Shown piece after piece: positions 1 to 9,950 of a stretch of DNA of 64,000 bases (position 1 is its first letter; each line of letters starts with the position of its first letter). Under the pieces are notes generated by a model. That model saw only the letters and a program-made list of their open reading frames with translations. It ran no database searches and was not told the origin of the DNA. The stretch covers positions 155,093 to 219,092 of the forward strand of contig CAVVLG010000002.1 of NCBI GenBank assembly GCA_963749085.1, written 5' to 3'. This DNA comes from Candidatus Adlerbacteria bacterium (GTDB taxonomy: Bacteria; Patescibacteriota; Minisyncoccia; Phycocordibacterales; SBAW01). The translations under genes and the position numbers were made by a program.

Positions 1-700
1 GCCCGAGCAGGAAATCGACTTTGTGATAGGCAAAAACTTCCTCATTACCTCGCGCTACGGCAGCACCGACCGGCTTCACGCGTTTGCCAAAGCCTTTGAA
101 GTCAATAGCGTACTCAACCGTCAAACTCCCATGACCCACGGGGGTCACTTGTTCGCCGCCATGGCGCGCAATCTCTATCAAGCCCTTGAGAGCGAGTGCG
201 ATGCGCTGAAGAGGCGGCTTGAAGATATCGAGGAGAAAATATTCAGCGGGGACGAGCGCAGCATGGTCATTGAAATCTCCCAGACCGGGAGGGTACTCCA
301 CGATTTCCGCCAGGCGCTCCTGCCGCACGAGGAGATGATCAATTCCCTTCGACCGGTCGCAACGCGCTTTTTCGGACCGGAGTACAGCTTCTACGTTGAT
401 GCCGTGGAAGGCCAATACGGGCGGGTGCGCAACGTGCTAGAGCATCTGCGGGAATCGCTTCACGAATTGCGCGAAACCAACAACTCTCTTCTTTCAACCA
501 AGCAAAACGACATTATAAAAATGTTCACCATACTGGCATTTCTGACACTGCCCCTTACCCTTATCACTAACCTGTTTGCGATGAACACCCGCTACACCCC
601 CATTATCGGCACGCCGGGAGATTTTTGGATTATCCTCGGTGGTATGCTCATCATCGCCGCCTGCATCACCCTCTACTTCAAGCGCAAGGGGTGGCTCTAG
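1..700 (+). CDS. CorA-family divalent cation transporter, C-terminal part (5' end outside window)
   Basis: ORF open from the window edge. C-terminal pair of TM helices with LFAMNT (AMN variant of the CorA GMN signature) and a preceding coiled-coil-like region. Confidence 0.55.
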   Translation, partial: PEQEIDFVIGKNFLITSRYGSTDRLHAFAKAFEVNSVLNRQTPMTHGGHLFAAMARNLYQALESECDALKRRLEDIEEKIFSGDERSMVIEISQTGRVLHDFRQALLPHEEMINSLRPVATRFFGPEYSFYVDAVEGQYGRVRNVLEHLRESLHELRETNNSLLSTKQNDIIKMFTILAFLTLPLTLITNLFAMNTRYTPIIGTPGDFWIILGGMLIIAACITLYFKRKGWL

Positions 701-773
701 ATACCGCATGGCATTTTTTTCTCTTATTAAGCCAAAACAAAGCGAGCTGCCAACCTTATGGGTGCACAACACC

Positions 774-2171
774 ATGAGCGGCAGCCTTGAGGTGTTCAAG
801 CCCTTAAACAGCACGGTAAGGCTCTATAACTGCGGGCCAACCGTCTACGATCAATCGCACATTGGCAACTTGCGCGGGCCGCTTCTTGCAAACGTGCTGC
901 GCCGCACGCTTGAGCGCTGGGGCTACAGCGTCAAGCACGTCAGCAACATAACCGATGTGGGCCACCTAACAGGAGACAACGAGGGCGATGCCGACGTGGG
1001 CGAAGATCGGATTGAGGCGAGCGCCAGAAAACAAGGTCTCTCCGCACAGGATATCGCGCGGGAATACACGGATGCCTTTTATAAAGACCTCGATCTGCTC
1101 GGTATTGATCTGAAAAAAATATTGTTTGCTCCGGCAACTCACTACATCGGGGAGCAGATAGCGCTCGTCAAAACGTTAGAAGAAAAAGGCTACGCGTACA
1201 AGATACAAGACGGCGTCTATTTCGACACCAGCAAGTTCCCTTCCTACGGTAAGCTCGGGAACGTTGATCTCGCCCAGCTGCGGGAAGGAGCACGGGTGGA
1301 AGAAAACAAAGATAAGAAAAACCCGCACGATTTCGCACTGTGGAAATTTTCCAAACCAAACGAGCGACGCCAGCAGGAATGGGAATCCCCGTGGGGCGTG
1401 GGCTTCCCCGGCTGGCACATCGAGTGCACCGCGATGATTTTCAAACTCTTGGGCAGGCAAATAGACATCCACATGGGCGGTGTTGATCTTATTCCCATTC
1501 ACCACAACAACGAACTAGCGCAGGCCGAAGCCATTACCGGCAAACAATTTGTGCGCTACTGGATGCACAATGCACTCATAACGATCGAGGGCAAGAGAGT
1601 ATCCAAGTCACTCGGCAATACCGTGTACCTCCATAACATTGTCGATAAAGGTCTCTCACCTTTGAGCCTGCGCTATTTATTTTTGACCGCGCACTACCGC
1701 TCGCCGATGAACTTCACCTGGGACGCCGTCGAAGCCGCGGACACGGCGCTCACGCGGCTGAATCGGTCCTTCCTTGAACTGCCCAAGGCCTCCGGAAAGT
1801 CCGAACCTTCTTTCCTGAAAGAGTTTTATGCAGCCATAGCCGATGATCTCGATACGCCGAAGGCCCTTGCGCGAGTATGGGAACTTCTTAGAGACGAAAC
1901 AGTGTCTCTCGCCAATAAACGTGCGTCGCTTTTGGAAGCCGATCGGATCCTTGGACTTGGGTTCTCAGAAATGCGGCCCGTGGCTAAACTTCAGGTTAAA
2001 GCATCTCAGTTGCCGCAGGACGTGCAGCAGATGCTTACTGAACGAGAGTCAGCTCGCATGGAACGGAATTTCCAAAAGGCCGACGAGCTGCGGCTCAAAA
2101 TAGAGGAGGCCGGTTTTGACATACAAGATACCCCGCAAGGGGCGAAAGTAAGCCCCAAAGAGAAGCAGTAG
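774..2171 (+). CDS. cysS: cysteinyl-tRNA synthetase
   Basis: Class I aaRS signatures CGPTVYDQSHIGN (HIGH) and RVSKSLGN (KMSKS-like). Start set at ATG 774 (MSGSLEVFKPL). The longer 639 ORF runs into the preceding gene. Confidence 0.9.
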   Translation: MSGSLEVFKPLNSTVRLYNCGPTVYDQSHIGNLRGPLLANVLRRTLERWGYSVKHVSNITDVGHLTGDNEGDADVGEDRIEASARKQGLSAQDIAREYTDAFYKDLDLLGIDLKKILFAPATHYIGEQIALVKTLEEKGYAYKIQDGVYFDTSKFPSYGKLGNVDLAQLREGARVEENKDKKNPHDFALWKFSKPNERRQQEWESPWGVGFPGWHIECTAMIFKLLGRQIDIHMGGVDLIPIHHNNELAQAEAITGKQFVRYWMHNALITIEGKRVSKSLGNTVYLHNIVDKGLSPLSLRYLFLTAHYRSPMNFTWDAVEAADTALTRLNRSFLELPKASGKSEPSFLKEFYAAIADDLDTPKALARVWELLRDETVSLANKRASLLEADRILGLGFSEMRPVAKLQVKASQLPQDVQQMLTERESARMERNFQKADELRLKIEEAGFDIQDTPQGAKVSPKEKQ

Positions 2172-2226
2172 CTTTATCCCCCGTTTATCCACTGTTCCAA
2201 CACAAAAGCGGCTATTTTTCCATCTG

Positions 2227-3645
2227 TTGCAAGAACCTCAAAAACGCTACTCTAGAGTCATGGCCAGGAAGCGAAACGACCCCTTCAGAGTCCCTCCGCA
2301 AACAACCGAGTCGGAGAAAGCGCTTCTCGGCGCCCTCATGATCCGACCCGAGGGCATGGCGGAGTCGGTCGACGTGCTCTCCCAGGATGCATTTTACAGC
2401 GAGAAGCATCGTATTTTGTATCGTGCGATGCTCGCGCTCTACAGCAAAAACGAGCCCATTGACATCGAGAGTGTGCGCGCCCGCCTAGCTGATGACGGAC
2501 ACCTTGAAGCCGTTGGTGGCGTGCCATATTTGGCGGAATTAGTCTCCGATGTCCCGGCGGCGAGCAACGCGCGCCACTACGCCGGGTTGGTGCAGAAAAA
2601 ATACATGCTTCGCTCGCTTATCGACGCCGGAGAATACGTGGCAGAACTCGGTTACGACGAAGGAGAGGAGCTTGATGAGACGCTCGATAAAGCGGAGAAG
2701 AGAATATACGAAGTGACCGAATCCCCTTCCCTTTCCAAATTCGTGCCGCTGAAAGACACACTCACCGACGCGTGGGCGAGGCTTGAGCGTCTGCAGGAGC
2801 ACAGAGACGAGCTGCGCGGCATCCGCACCGGATTCAAAGATCTCGATGCTCTTCTTGCAGGACTCCAGAAATCCGACCTCGTCATTCTCGCCTCGCGCCC
2901 TTCTATAGGTAAAACCGCGCTTGCGCTTGATATCGCGCGACAAACCGCCATTCACTACGGTACCACGGTCGGACTTTTCTCCCTTGAGATGAGCGCGCAG
3001 CAATTGGTGGACCGCATGGTCGCGGCGGAAGCAAAAGTCAATTCCTGGAATTTACGCATCGGCCGCATCAGCGACGAGGATGACTGGGACCGCATCCGCG
3101 AGGCCTATGAGCGCCTCGGTGCGGCCCCTATTTTTATCGACGCTTCGCCGGGCTCCAATATTTTAAAGATGCGCTCGGTGGCACGAAGGCTCAAGCGCGA
3201 GCACGGCTTGGGACTTCTTATCGTCGACTATTTGCAACTCATGGTGCCGACCGGCACCAAAGCATCCGACTCCCTTGTCCAGCAGGTCACCGAAATATCC
3301 CGCTCACTTAAAACCCTAGCTCGCGAGCTTGATGTGCCGGTCTTGGCGCTTTCCCAACTCTCGCGCGCGGTGGAGCAGCGCCGTGGCAAACCACGGCTCT
3401 CTGATCTGCGCGACTCCGGCTCCATTGAACAAGACGCCGACGTGGTGATGTTCATACACCGCGACGACAAGATGAACGAGAATTCTGAACGCCCCAATGT
3501 TGCCGAGATTATGGTAGAGAAACACCGCAACGGCCCCATCGGCAAAGTGGAACTCTATTTCGATGACAAGCGCACCACGTTTGTCTCGCTTGAGAAGAGC
3601 GACTTCGGGGCATTTGAGAGCGCGGGCTCGACCAACGACCTGTAA
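2227..3645 (+). CDS. dnaB: replicative DNA helicase DnaB
   Basis: N-terminal DnaB domain (EKALLGALM), Walker A SRPSIGKTALALD and the RecA-like C-terminal domain (LIVDYLQLM, SQLSR). Alternative start at 2260. Confidence 0.9.
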   Translation: MQEPQKRYSRVMARKRNDPFRVPPQTTESEKALLGALMIRPEGMAESVDVLSQDAFYSEKHRILYRAMLALYSKNEPIDIESVRARLADDGHLEAVGGVPYLAELVSDVPAASNARHYAGLVQKKYMLRSLIDAGEYVAELGYDEGEELDETLDKAEKRIYEVTESPSLSKFVPLKDTLTDAWARLERLQEHRDELRGIRTGFKDLDALLAGLQKSDLVILASRPSIGKTALALDIARQTAIHYGTTVGLFSLEMSAQQLVDRMVAAEAKVNSWNLRIGRISDEDDWDRIREAYERLGAAPIFIDASPGSNILKMRSVARRLKREHGLGLLIVDYLQLMVPTGTKASDSLVQQVTEISRSLKTLARELDVPVLALSQLSRAVEQRRGKPRLSDLRDSGSIEQDADVVMFIHRDDKMNENSERPNVAEIMVEKHRNGPIGKVELYFDDKRTTFVSLEKSDFGAFESAGSTNDL

Positions 3646-4271
3646 TGAACCCTATTGATCGCCTCACGGAGCTATTTGAGAAATTTCCCGGCATAGGGCC
3701 ACGGCAGGCGCGCCGTTTCGTGCAATACCTCCTCTCAACCCAACCTTCGACGCGCACGGAGCTCGCCGGTTTAGTGGGACGCATCGGGGAGGAGACCGCC
3801 CAGTGCAAAAAATGCTTCCGCTGGTTTTTGTCCAATAGAAGCTCCGGGAAGAAAGCTCATGTGTGCGATATTTGCGCTAGCCCCGCGCGCGACCAAAGTA
3901 CGCTCTTTGTGGTTGAAAAAGACGCCGACATAGAACAAGTCGATCGCAGCGGCTATCGCGGACTCTATTTCGTGCTCGGAGGCACTATTCCGCTTGCCGC
4001 AGAGGACACGCACAAGCATGTTCATTTGCGTGAGCTCGTCAAACGAGTCGAGGAGGATGCGGCACAGAAAAAATCGAAGGAAATTATATTAGGGTTATCG
4101 GCAACCACCGAAGGCGACCATACCCGTCTTATCGTGCAGGAAAAGCTGCTTCCCATAGCGGAAGGCTTCAAACTGAAACTCACCAGCCTCGGACGCGGAC
4201 TTTCAACCGGCAGCGAGCTTGAATACGCAGATCCGGATACTATTGCAAGCGCTTTCAATTCGCGGATTTAA
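3645..4271 (+). CDS. recR: recombination protein RecR
   Basis: N-terminal HhH (FPGIGPRQARR), C4 zinc finger CKKCF...CDIC and a Toprim-like region. Start overlaps the dnaB stop (TAATG). Confidence 0.9.
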   Translation: MNPIDRLTELFEKFPGIGPRQARRFVQYLLSTQPSTRTELAGLVGRIGEETAQCKKCFRWFLSNRSSGKKAHVCDICASPARDQSTLFVVEKDADIEQVDRSGYRGLYFVLGGTIPLAAEDTHKHVHLRELVKRVEEDAAQKKSKEIILGLSATTEGDHTRLIVQEKLLPIAEGFKLKLTSLGRGLSTGSELEYADPDTIASAFNSRI

Positions 4272-4282
4272 AAACTCCCCGG

Positions 4283-4603
4283 CTAGGCGAGTTTGGTTAT
4301 CGTAATCTCAAAATAGGGTTGTCGATGTCCTCGCTTTTTAAAATAGTTTGATTTTGCCTTGTATTTGATGACCGTTACTTTCTTGGCGCGGTCGATTCTT
4401 TTGATCTCGGCGGATACCTTGGCACCCGGGATATAGGGAGCTCCGATAGTTGCATCCTTGCCGTTATCAACCAAAAGGACTTTGTCGAATACGACAGAGT
4501 CACCCACTTTGTGGGCGCCGGAAATTTTCTCTATTTTGACGGTGTCTCCCTGAGAGACCATGTACTGTTTGCCGCCAGTTTCAAATATCGCGAATTCCTT
4601 CAT
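4283..4603 (-). CDS. rplU: 50S ribosomal protein L21
   Basis: 106 aa with MKEFAIFETGGKQYMVSQGD, a basic C-terminus and GHRQPYFEITI, as in bL21. Confidence 0.85.
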   Translation of the reverse strand: MKEFAIFETGGKQYMVSQGDTVKIEKISGAHKVGDSVVFDKVLLVDNGKDATIGAPYIPGAKVSAEIKRIDRAKKVTVIKYKAKSNYFKKRGHRQPYFEITITKLA

Positions 4604-4925
4604 GGTGATAGAAAAATGCGCCTAGGCGCCTCACTAATCTACACTACTCTTTGCCTGTGGGCAAGTTCCATTGACCCCATGGTAAGGGATGGGATGATGA
4701 GGGCGGTTGCGGAGGTTTTGAAGTACGAAGGAAGGGGTGTCATGACGCAATTCGTCCTGGCTATGTGTGCCTTCGGAGGCGTCTACGCGGCTTGGTTGAT
4801 TCGCGACAAGCGGAAGATCAGACACTGCGAGACTTTCAAATTCGACTTCTCAGCCCGGCGAGGAGAACAACGGGCGTGAAGATTCCGCATCCGTTTCGGG
4901 CCCGGCGATTTCCGACGGGCCTTTT

Positions 4926-6017
4926 TTATTCTCTGCCCTCAAGCAGAGGCCGCTCTATAGAATCCACCTCAAGGCCCATGGCCTCGTCTTTGGTAATGCA
5001 CACCACATCTTTTTCTATCTTTCCCAGCTCTTTATACCCGGTATTCCAATGGTTGACCGTGGTTGAAAGCGAGCTGCCTAACTTTTTGTAATAGTCCTCA
5101 TACGCCTTGATGTGCCGACCGAGCGCCTCGACGTTCTTGGAAATTTCCTTCGCCGTCTCCTCCACCTTGAACGCCCGGAAGCCATACAGGACCGACTGCA
5201 AGTACGCCGCGAAGGTCGTCGGTGAGACAATAATCACTTTCTTTTCGTTGTAGGCGTAGTCTATGAGGTTGCGGGTGTTTACCTTGACGGAACCTACCTC
5301 GTTGATAAGGAGATCGTAGTAAATGGCTTCTGCAGGAATATACATGAACGCGAAGGGCAGCGTGTTATCTTTCGGTCGAACATACTTGGCACACTCGTCT
5401 ATGCGCATCTTCAGATCGTTTTTGAAGAGTTTTTCCATCTCGTCGCGCTGTTTGGCATCAATGGCATTGATGACGCGGTTGTAGTTTTCAAGCGAGAATT
5501 TAGCGTCGACGGGAATAAGGCCTTCTTTGGTGACAATCACGGCATCCACCGTTTCTCCCCCTGGAAATTCATACTGCATTTTGTACGCGGTCGGCGGCAA
5601 TATATTCCCCAAGATGAGCTCCAGCGACGCCTCTCCGAGGTTGCCGCGCTGTTTTTGATGCGTGAGCACCTTCTCAAGATTCTGCAGCTGCTCGGCAATG
5701 GTAAATACCTGCTTGGTCGATTCTTTAGTCTCGGAAACACCCTTGGTCACTTCAAGCAGTTGTTTGGAAACCTGATCGGTGATATTCGACATGAGTTGCT
5801 GGCTTTGACTGAATTGCGTTTTCATAGACTCAAACATCCGATCGGTGCCTTCGCTGAGCTTCCCTTCCATGGAACGCGAGAGGTCCTGTAGTTGATTTTG
5901 CAGAAGCATGAGACTATCGGTCGGTGCGGAGTTGTTCTGCCCTCGACGCCAAAGCAGGAAAAGCATGCCGAGATTTCCCAGCACGAGGATAAGCAGGATT
6001 AATATTAACCATTCCAT
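4926..6017 (-). CDS. rmuC: DNA recombination protein RmuC family
   Basis: N-terminal TM helix, a long coiled coil and a C-terminal RmuC-like nuclease-fold region (DAVIVTKEGLIPVDAKFSLENY). Confidence 0.65.
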   Translation of the reverse strand: MEWLILILLILVLGNLGMLFLLWRRGQNNSAPTDSLMLLQNQLQDLSRSMEGKLSEGTDRMFESMKTQFSQSQQLMSNITDQVSKQLLEVTKGVSETKESTKQVFTIAEQLQNLEKVLTHQKQRGNLGEASLELILGNILPPTAYKMQYEFPGGETVDAVIVTKEGLIPVDAKFSLENYNRVINAIDAKQRDEMEKLFKNDLKMRIDECAKYVRPKDNTLPFAFMYIPAEAIYYDLLINEVGSVKVNTRNLIDYAYNEKKVIIVSPTTFAAYLQSVLYGFRAFKVEETAKEISKNVEALGRHIKAYEDYYKKLGSSLSTTVNHWNTGYKELGKIEKDVVCITKDEAMGLEVDSIERPLLEGRE

Positions 6018-6044
6018 TTCGCCATTCTAACATTTTTTGCTACT

Positions 6045-6506
6045 ATGGGACTTATGACACAACAAGATCTGCGGGAGGCAATGAAAACCGCTATGAAGAA
6101 CAAGGAGACCGTGAAGCTCAGCGTCATTCGTGGCCTTATTTCCGCCTGTACCAACGAATTGGTCGCCAAAGGCCGCGGGCCGGAGGGGAAACTCAGCGAC
6201 GACGAACTACTCACTCTTATCTCCCGAGCTGCAAAGCAACGCAAGGACTCTATCGAGCAATTTGAAAAAGGCGGACGTCCTGAACTCGCAGCCAATGAAA
6301 AAGAAGAGCTTGCCATTCTTGAGACCATGCTCCCTGTCCAGATGTCACGTGTGGAAATAGAGGCGGCAGCCAAGGCAAAAGCGGCGCAGTTAGGAATTAT
6401 TGATAAATCAAAGGCTAACCAGCTTATGGGTATGCTTATGAAAGATCTCAAGGGGAGAGCCGATGGTACAGTCGTCAAAGGCGTTGTTGAAGCTCTATTT
6501 CAATAA
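6045..6506 (+). CDS. GatB/YqeY domain protein
   Basis: 153 aa helical protein with the typical YqeY pattern (LREAMKTAMK...KQRKDSIEQFEKGGRPELAANEKEE). Confidence 0.7.
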   Translation: MGLMTQQDLREAMKTAMKNKETVKLSVIRGLISACTNELVAKGRGPEGKLSDDELLTLISRAAKQRKDSIEQFEKGGRPELAANEKEELAILETMLPVQMSRVEIEAAAKAKAAQLGIIDKSKANQLMGMLMKDLKGRADGTVVKGVVEALFQ

Positions 6507-6626
6507 TTTTCCACAACTTCACTTGACTTTTAGTTATTTTTGTGCAAAATTAAACCCAGAGGGAGAGGTTTCGGCCTCATAGGTAATGCGTTCCCTCGTG
6601 TCACCAACTGATGCGAGGAGGCATGT

Positions 6627-6854
6627 ATGTCCATTGATACGCTAGAGTTGGCCTCAAAAGCTGCGAAGCGATGGTTTGAGTCTAGTGACCGTTCGCGTTT
6701 GCGTTTTTACACTATCACTGCAGATGCGGTGAAAGGTACGGGAATCCGGCACAAACCCGATCTTGTTCGTATAACAAAAGAGGTCCGTCGCAAAATGCGA
6801 TTCTTTCATGCCGAACCAGCGAGAGAGAATCGTCTGACAAGGCGGAGAGCGTGA
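6627..6854 (+). CDS. hypothetical protein (75 aa)
   Basis: ATG preceded by GAGGAGG at -11..-5. No recognisable family. Confidence 0.4.
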   Translation: MSIDTLELASKAAKRWFESSDRSRLRFYTITADAVKGTGIRHKPDLVRITKEVRRKMRFFHAEPARENRLTRRRA

Positions 6855-7303
6855 TGGGCGACATCCCTGTCATCGAATTCGCCCATCTGAACTTCCCTTC
6901 GCTTACTGAGTTCGAACTCGATAGCGCCATCGGCTACGCCCGATTGTGTTACGAGCAAACGCTCGATCGCGACTTGCTACGCATCTTAGTCAATACCACG
7001 CATAAGCGGCGCGAACAGAAAGGAGTGATCCTTCCGATGCTTGCGGCGATGGTCGTGAAGGAGAATGTTCGATTGCTCTGGCGCGCTACGCCAGAGCAAA
7101 TCGAAGACTATCGATGGAAAGTTGAGGCGTGCAAAGCGGCTGTCATGAAAATCATGAGCATCCGTCGTGTATGGCAACAACAGCAAGAGGCACAAAAGCG
7201 TGCTCGAGGCGAGCCAGTAGCACGAAAACCCAAAGCGAAGCAGACGGAACATCCAGTTGAAGTAACACCTTCGCAAGAAGATCAGCTCAGGCTCTTTTCC
7301 TGA
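6851..7303 (+). CDS. hypothetical protein (150 aa)
   Basis: 4-nt overlap with the upstream ORF. Followed by a strong hairpin terminator. Confidence 0.4.
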   Translation: MMGDIPVIEFAHLNFPSLTEFELDSAIGYARLCYEQTLDRDLLRILVNTTHKRREQKGVILPMLAAMVVKENVRLLWRATPEQIEDYRWKVEACKAAVMKIMSIRRVWQQQQEAQKRARGEPVARKPKAKQTEHPVEVTPSQEDQLRLFS

Positions 7304-7332
7304 AGCACCGACCGTCACTTCTTCTAGGTTCA

Positions 7333-7371
7333 GACTCCCCATTCGGTATACCGATTCGGGGAGTCTTTTTA
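7333..7371 (+). terminator. rho-independent terminator
   Basis: GACTCCCC-loop-GGGGAGTC stem followed by TTTTTATATTT. Confidence 0.7.
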
Positions 7372-7384
7372 TATTTGTTACTGT

Positions 7385-7409
7385 ATCAACAACTTGAAAT
7401 CCATGACCC
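7385..7409. repeat. 25-bp perfect direct repeat, copy 1 (ATCAACAACTTGAAATCCATGACCC)
   Basis: Identical to 8045..8069. Brackets the ORFan at 7599..7943. Confidence 0.8.
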
Positions 7410-7598
7410 TGACGATGCAGAAGTCAAAACCAATGATGGATTTCCTGAAAGAGTTAAGCAGTGTGGCTTCTAAGTTCTTGAGCTTCCAAAATAAACCTTC
7501 TTTCCTCACCAAGCAAGCTGAGGGAGTAATACCTTATATTTGACTAAAAAACTCCTGTGGTGTTTACTCGCTGTGGTAGTTCACTGTTGGAGAGGAAC

Positions 7599-7943
7599 AT
7601 GAGCACACATTTAGGTAGCAGTGAGTTGGACGAACTTGAGGATTCTATTGGCGCATCTATACTCGAAGCCGATAGAATCGGACGAGTTTCGCAAGCCCAG
7701 GAGTTTGTGTTGAGATTGGAAGCGGCTCTTCAAGTCGAAGATGATCTCAAATTTTGGGTCAGGCGCATTCGGCGGGCGATGAAGTTCAACAACAATTCCA
7801 CTGATAATCATTGGAGCATGCGCGGCAGCATGAGCATCTACTATATAGCTGCACTGCAAAAGCGCCTGGGCACGGACTTCAATGTGCAATCCCTCCGCTC
7901 GCATTTTCTGGATAATGTAGAATTGGTATCAGTTTCGTGGTGA
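7599..7943 (+). CDS. hypothetical protein (115 aa)
   Basis: ATG at 7599 with GGAGAGG upstream. TTGACT-17-TTTACT promoter-like sequence at about 7540. No family recognised. Confidence 0.4.
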   Translation: MSTHLGSSELDELEDSIGASILEADRIGRVSQAQEFVLRLEAALQVEDDLKFWVRRIRRAMKFNNNSTDNHWSMRGSMSIYYIAALQKRLGTDFNVQSLRSHFLDNVELVSVSW

Positions 7944-8044
7944 CCGTCGAGGTTTTGAAGCGGCAGATCAAAAACTCTGCCGCTTTCTTTTTGGTTCAAA
8001 TAATCGTTAGGATCGACATAAAATCCACTCAAAAAGTGGCTCAA

Positions 8045-8069
8045 ATCAACAACTTGAAATCCATGACCC
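8045..8069. repeat. 25-bp perfect direct repeat, copy 2
   Basis: Identical to 7385..7409. Confidence 0.8.
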
Positions 8070-8167
8070 ATTAGGGTGGCTTTCCGAATTTTCACTCTGG
8101 AGGGAGGAAATACAAATCAGCATTAGAGAGTTAGAGGGTTTGATGCTCTACCCAACCTCGTGACTCA

Positions 8168-9076
8168 CTATATCTGCTGGACTATATTACCCCACAAATA
8201 CTCATGGTTTTTGTCTTGAGCAGTATAGTTACAATCATTGCCACACTGTTCAGCAGTGGCAACTTGAAAGGTGGTTGGATCTGCACCTTGAACAATCGAG
8301 GCCCCACCACCCGTATCAACGTACACATTGTTTTTATCCTTGGCGTAAAAATCATTTAAAAGTACAAAGGTGCTTAGATCGACACCTGTTATTAAATGAC
8401 CCATACTATCGTAGACGCCATTTTTATCCTTCGCATAATAATCACTTAGAATTATAAAAGTACTAGGATCGGCGACTGCCACTGTAGAACACTCAAATTG
8501 TGGGTTTATTCCGATACCTTCGCCACAAAAGTAAACATGGTTTTTGTCCTTTCCGTATCCTCTCTCCCCCACCGGTACAAATGTTGCAGGATCGGCTTGG
8601 GGTAACACTTTTTGTTCATCAAAGTATATAGCATGTGCGTCTTTTGCAAATGCGCTATCAGTAAAATCTACAAAAGTAACTGGATCTGAACCTGGTATTA
8701 AATCTCCTCGCCAATAGACGTGATCTTTATCCGCTTCGTAATTTTCATCAATGAGCTTAAACGTGGGTGCATCGGCACCAATAATTTGGGAGCCAGGACC
8801 ACTAATGGCATTTTCCATGCCGAAGACTTGTGTTGCGTCTTTCACATATTCATCCGTCAAGACCATAAATGTGGCTGGGTCTATTTTACCCGTGAATGTT
8901 TGCCATGGGTTCATGGTAATGGCTATACTTTCTTCGATTGGACGATCCTCAAAATAGACTTGTTGAGAACCGAGCAGAGGTGTTAAGGGACTGGCCCAAG
9001 ACTCTGCCCGCAACCGACGATTCAACGTACGGTGCGAACTCCAGCCCTCGAAGGGGAAAGATGTCTCAGCGAACAA
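8168..9076 (-). CDS. DKNYY repeat protein
   Basis: At least five repeats of the (Y)AKDKN(H/G/N)VY-x-...ADP(A/S)TF motif characteristic of the DKNYY family. The true start is probably internal (MNPWQTF). Confidence 0.55.
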   Translation of the reverse strand: MFAETSFPFEGWSSHRTLNRRLRAESWASPLTPLLGSQQVYFEDRPIEESIAITMNPWQTFTGKIDPATFMVLTDEYVKDATQVFGMENAISGPGSQIIGADAPTFKLIDENYEADKDHVYWRGDLIPGSDPVTFVDFTDSAFAKDAHAIYFDEQKVLPQADPATFVPVGERGYGKDKNHVYFCGEGIGINPQFECSTVAVADPSTFIILSDYYAKDKNGVYDSMGHLITGVDLSTFVLLNDFYAKDKNNVYVDTGGGASIVQGADPTTFQVATAEQCGNDCNYTAQDKNHEYLWGNIVQQI

Positions 9077-9121
9077 ACCACTCTTCCTGGGGTGGTTTGT
9101 TCTTTCACATAGGAGTCAGCT

Positions 9122-9511
9122 ATGTCAACCACCGTACACGAGATACAGGCGGAGATACGAAACGAGGCCAAGAGCGGCCTCCACTTCTGTCGGGTATGCA
9201 ATGCATACGCTCTTCATACCCGGCCTCTCCTCATGCTCCCGTTCCGTTGTGTAGCCAGTCACGGAGGCACCACCCTGTGCGATGAATGTCATACCTTTGT
9301 GGCCTTCATAGCAAAGGTAGTCGTCACCGGTCAATGGAGCTACAAGCGATTCTGCTCCCTCTGCTGTGAGCCCGAGTCAGAAGAAAAACAACGGCGGCTC
9401 GACGAACGAAGGAACAGAAATGGAGAAGAGGCCCATAAACCTCTGGACTTGAATGACCCTGCGAGTATAGCTAGGGCGCTCGGAGCATCGTCTTTCGCAA
9501 AGAGGCGTTAA
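9122..9511 (+). CDS. hypothetical Cys-rich protein (129 aa)
   Basis: CRVC...C...CDEC...C..CC spacing suggests a zinc-binding fold, with a charged C-terminal tail. Confidence 0.4.
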   Translation: MSTTVHEIQAEIRNEAKSGLHFCRVCNAYALHTRPLLMLPFRCVASHGGTTLCDECHTFVAFIAKVVVTGQWSYKRFCSLCCEPESEEKQRRLDERRNRNGEEAHKPLDLNDPASIARALGASSFAKRR

Positions 9512-9533
9512 TCTCGCAAAAAGGAGAGGCGTT

Positions 9534-9743
9534 ATGACACGATGGAACCCCTGTGGTGAACGCATTGCCATTCGGTTTGATACTGGAGAGGAGGTCGATG
9601 CGGCCGTCACCTTCATCTACAAGCACCCAGAGTTGAATCGCCTACCCTTCGACTCACCGGACGGCTATGAACTGCATATACCCGCAGAGGCCGAAGCTAT
9701 CTTTAAGCAGAGTGGTCTTCGCTACAAAAGCTTCCGGCTCTAA
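9534..9743 (+). CDS. hypothetical protein (69 aa)
   Basis: ORF with AAAGGAGAGG 6 nt upstream of the ATG. Confidence 0.35.
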   Translation: MTRWNPCGERIAIRFDTGEEVDAAVTFIYKHPELNRLPFDSPDGYELHIPAEAEAIFKQSGLRYKSFRL

Positions 9744-9856
9744 AAAAGTTACCCGCCTCAGAGCAATCTGCGGCGGCTTTTTTCTTTTACAAAAGTTCTG
9801 AAAGTGCTTCTTTTGCAATTTTCAAAACGTTGAAAAATATAGCTTTTCTGACCCCA

Positions 9857-9928
9857 TGACCCTACGGGGAATCGAACCCCGATTTAAGCCTTGAGAAGGC
9901 TCCGTCCTAACCGTTAGACGATAGGGCC
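9857..9928 (-). tRNA. tRNA-Glu (anticodon CUC)
   Basis: Reverse complement folds as GGCCCTA acceptor, GTCT/AACGGTTA/GGAC D-arm, anticodon loop TTCTCAA, TTCGATT T-loop and discriminator A. CCA is not encoded. Confidence 0.85.
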
Positions 9929-9950
9929 GTCAACACAAATTACAGTATTT

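Noticed and set aside
4283-4603. Expected rpmA (L27) partner immediately downstream of rplU
   Set aside because: No L27-like ORF follows rplU on the minus strand. The next gene is recR on the opposite strand, so rplU appears to be monocistronic here.
7385-9928. Intact tRNA-targeting integrative element next to tRNA-Glu
   Set aside because: There is no integrase or excisionase gene. The shared core with the tRNA is only 10 nt, and only 7 of those lie inside the tRNA. This is reported only as a low-confidence decayed-islet hypothesis.
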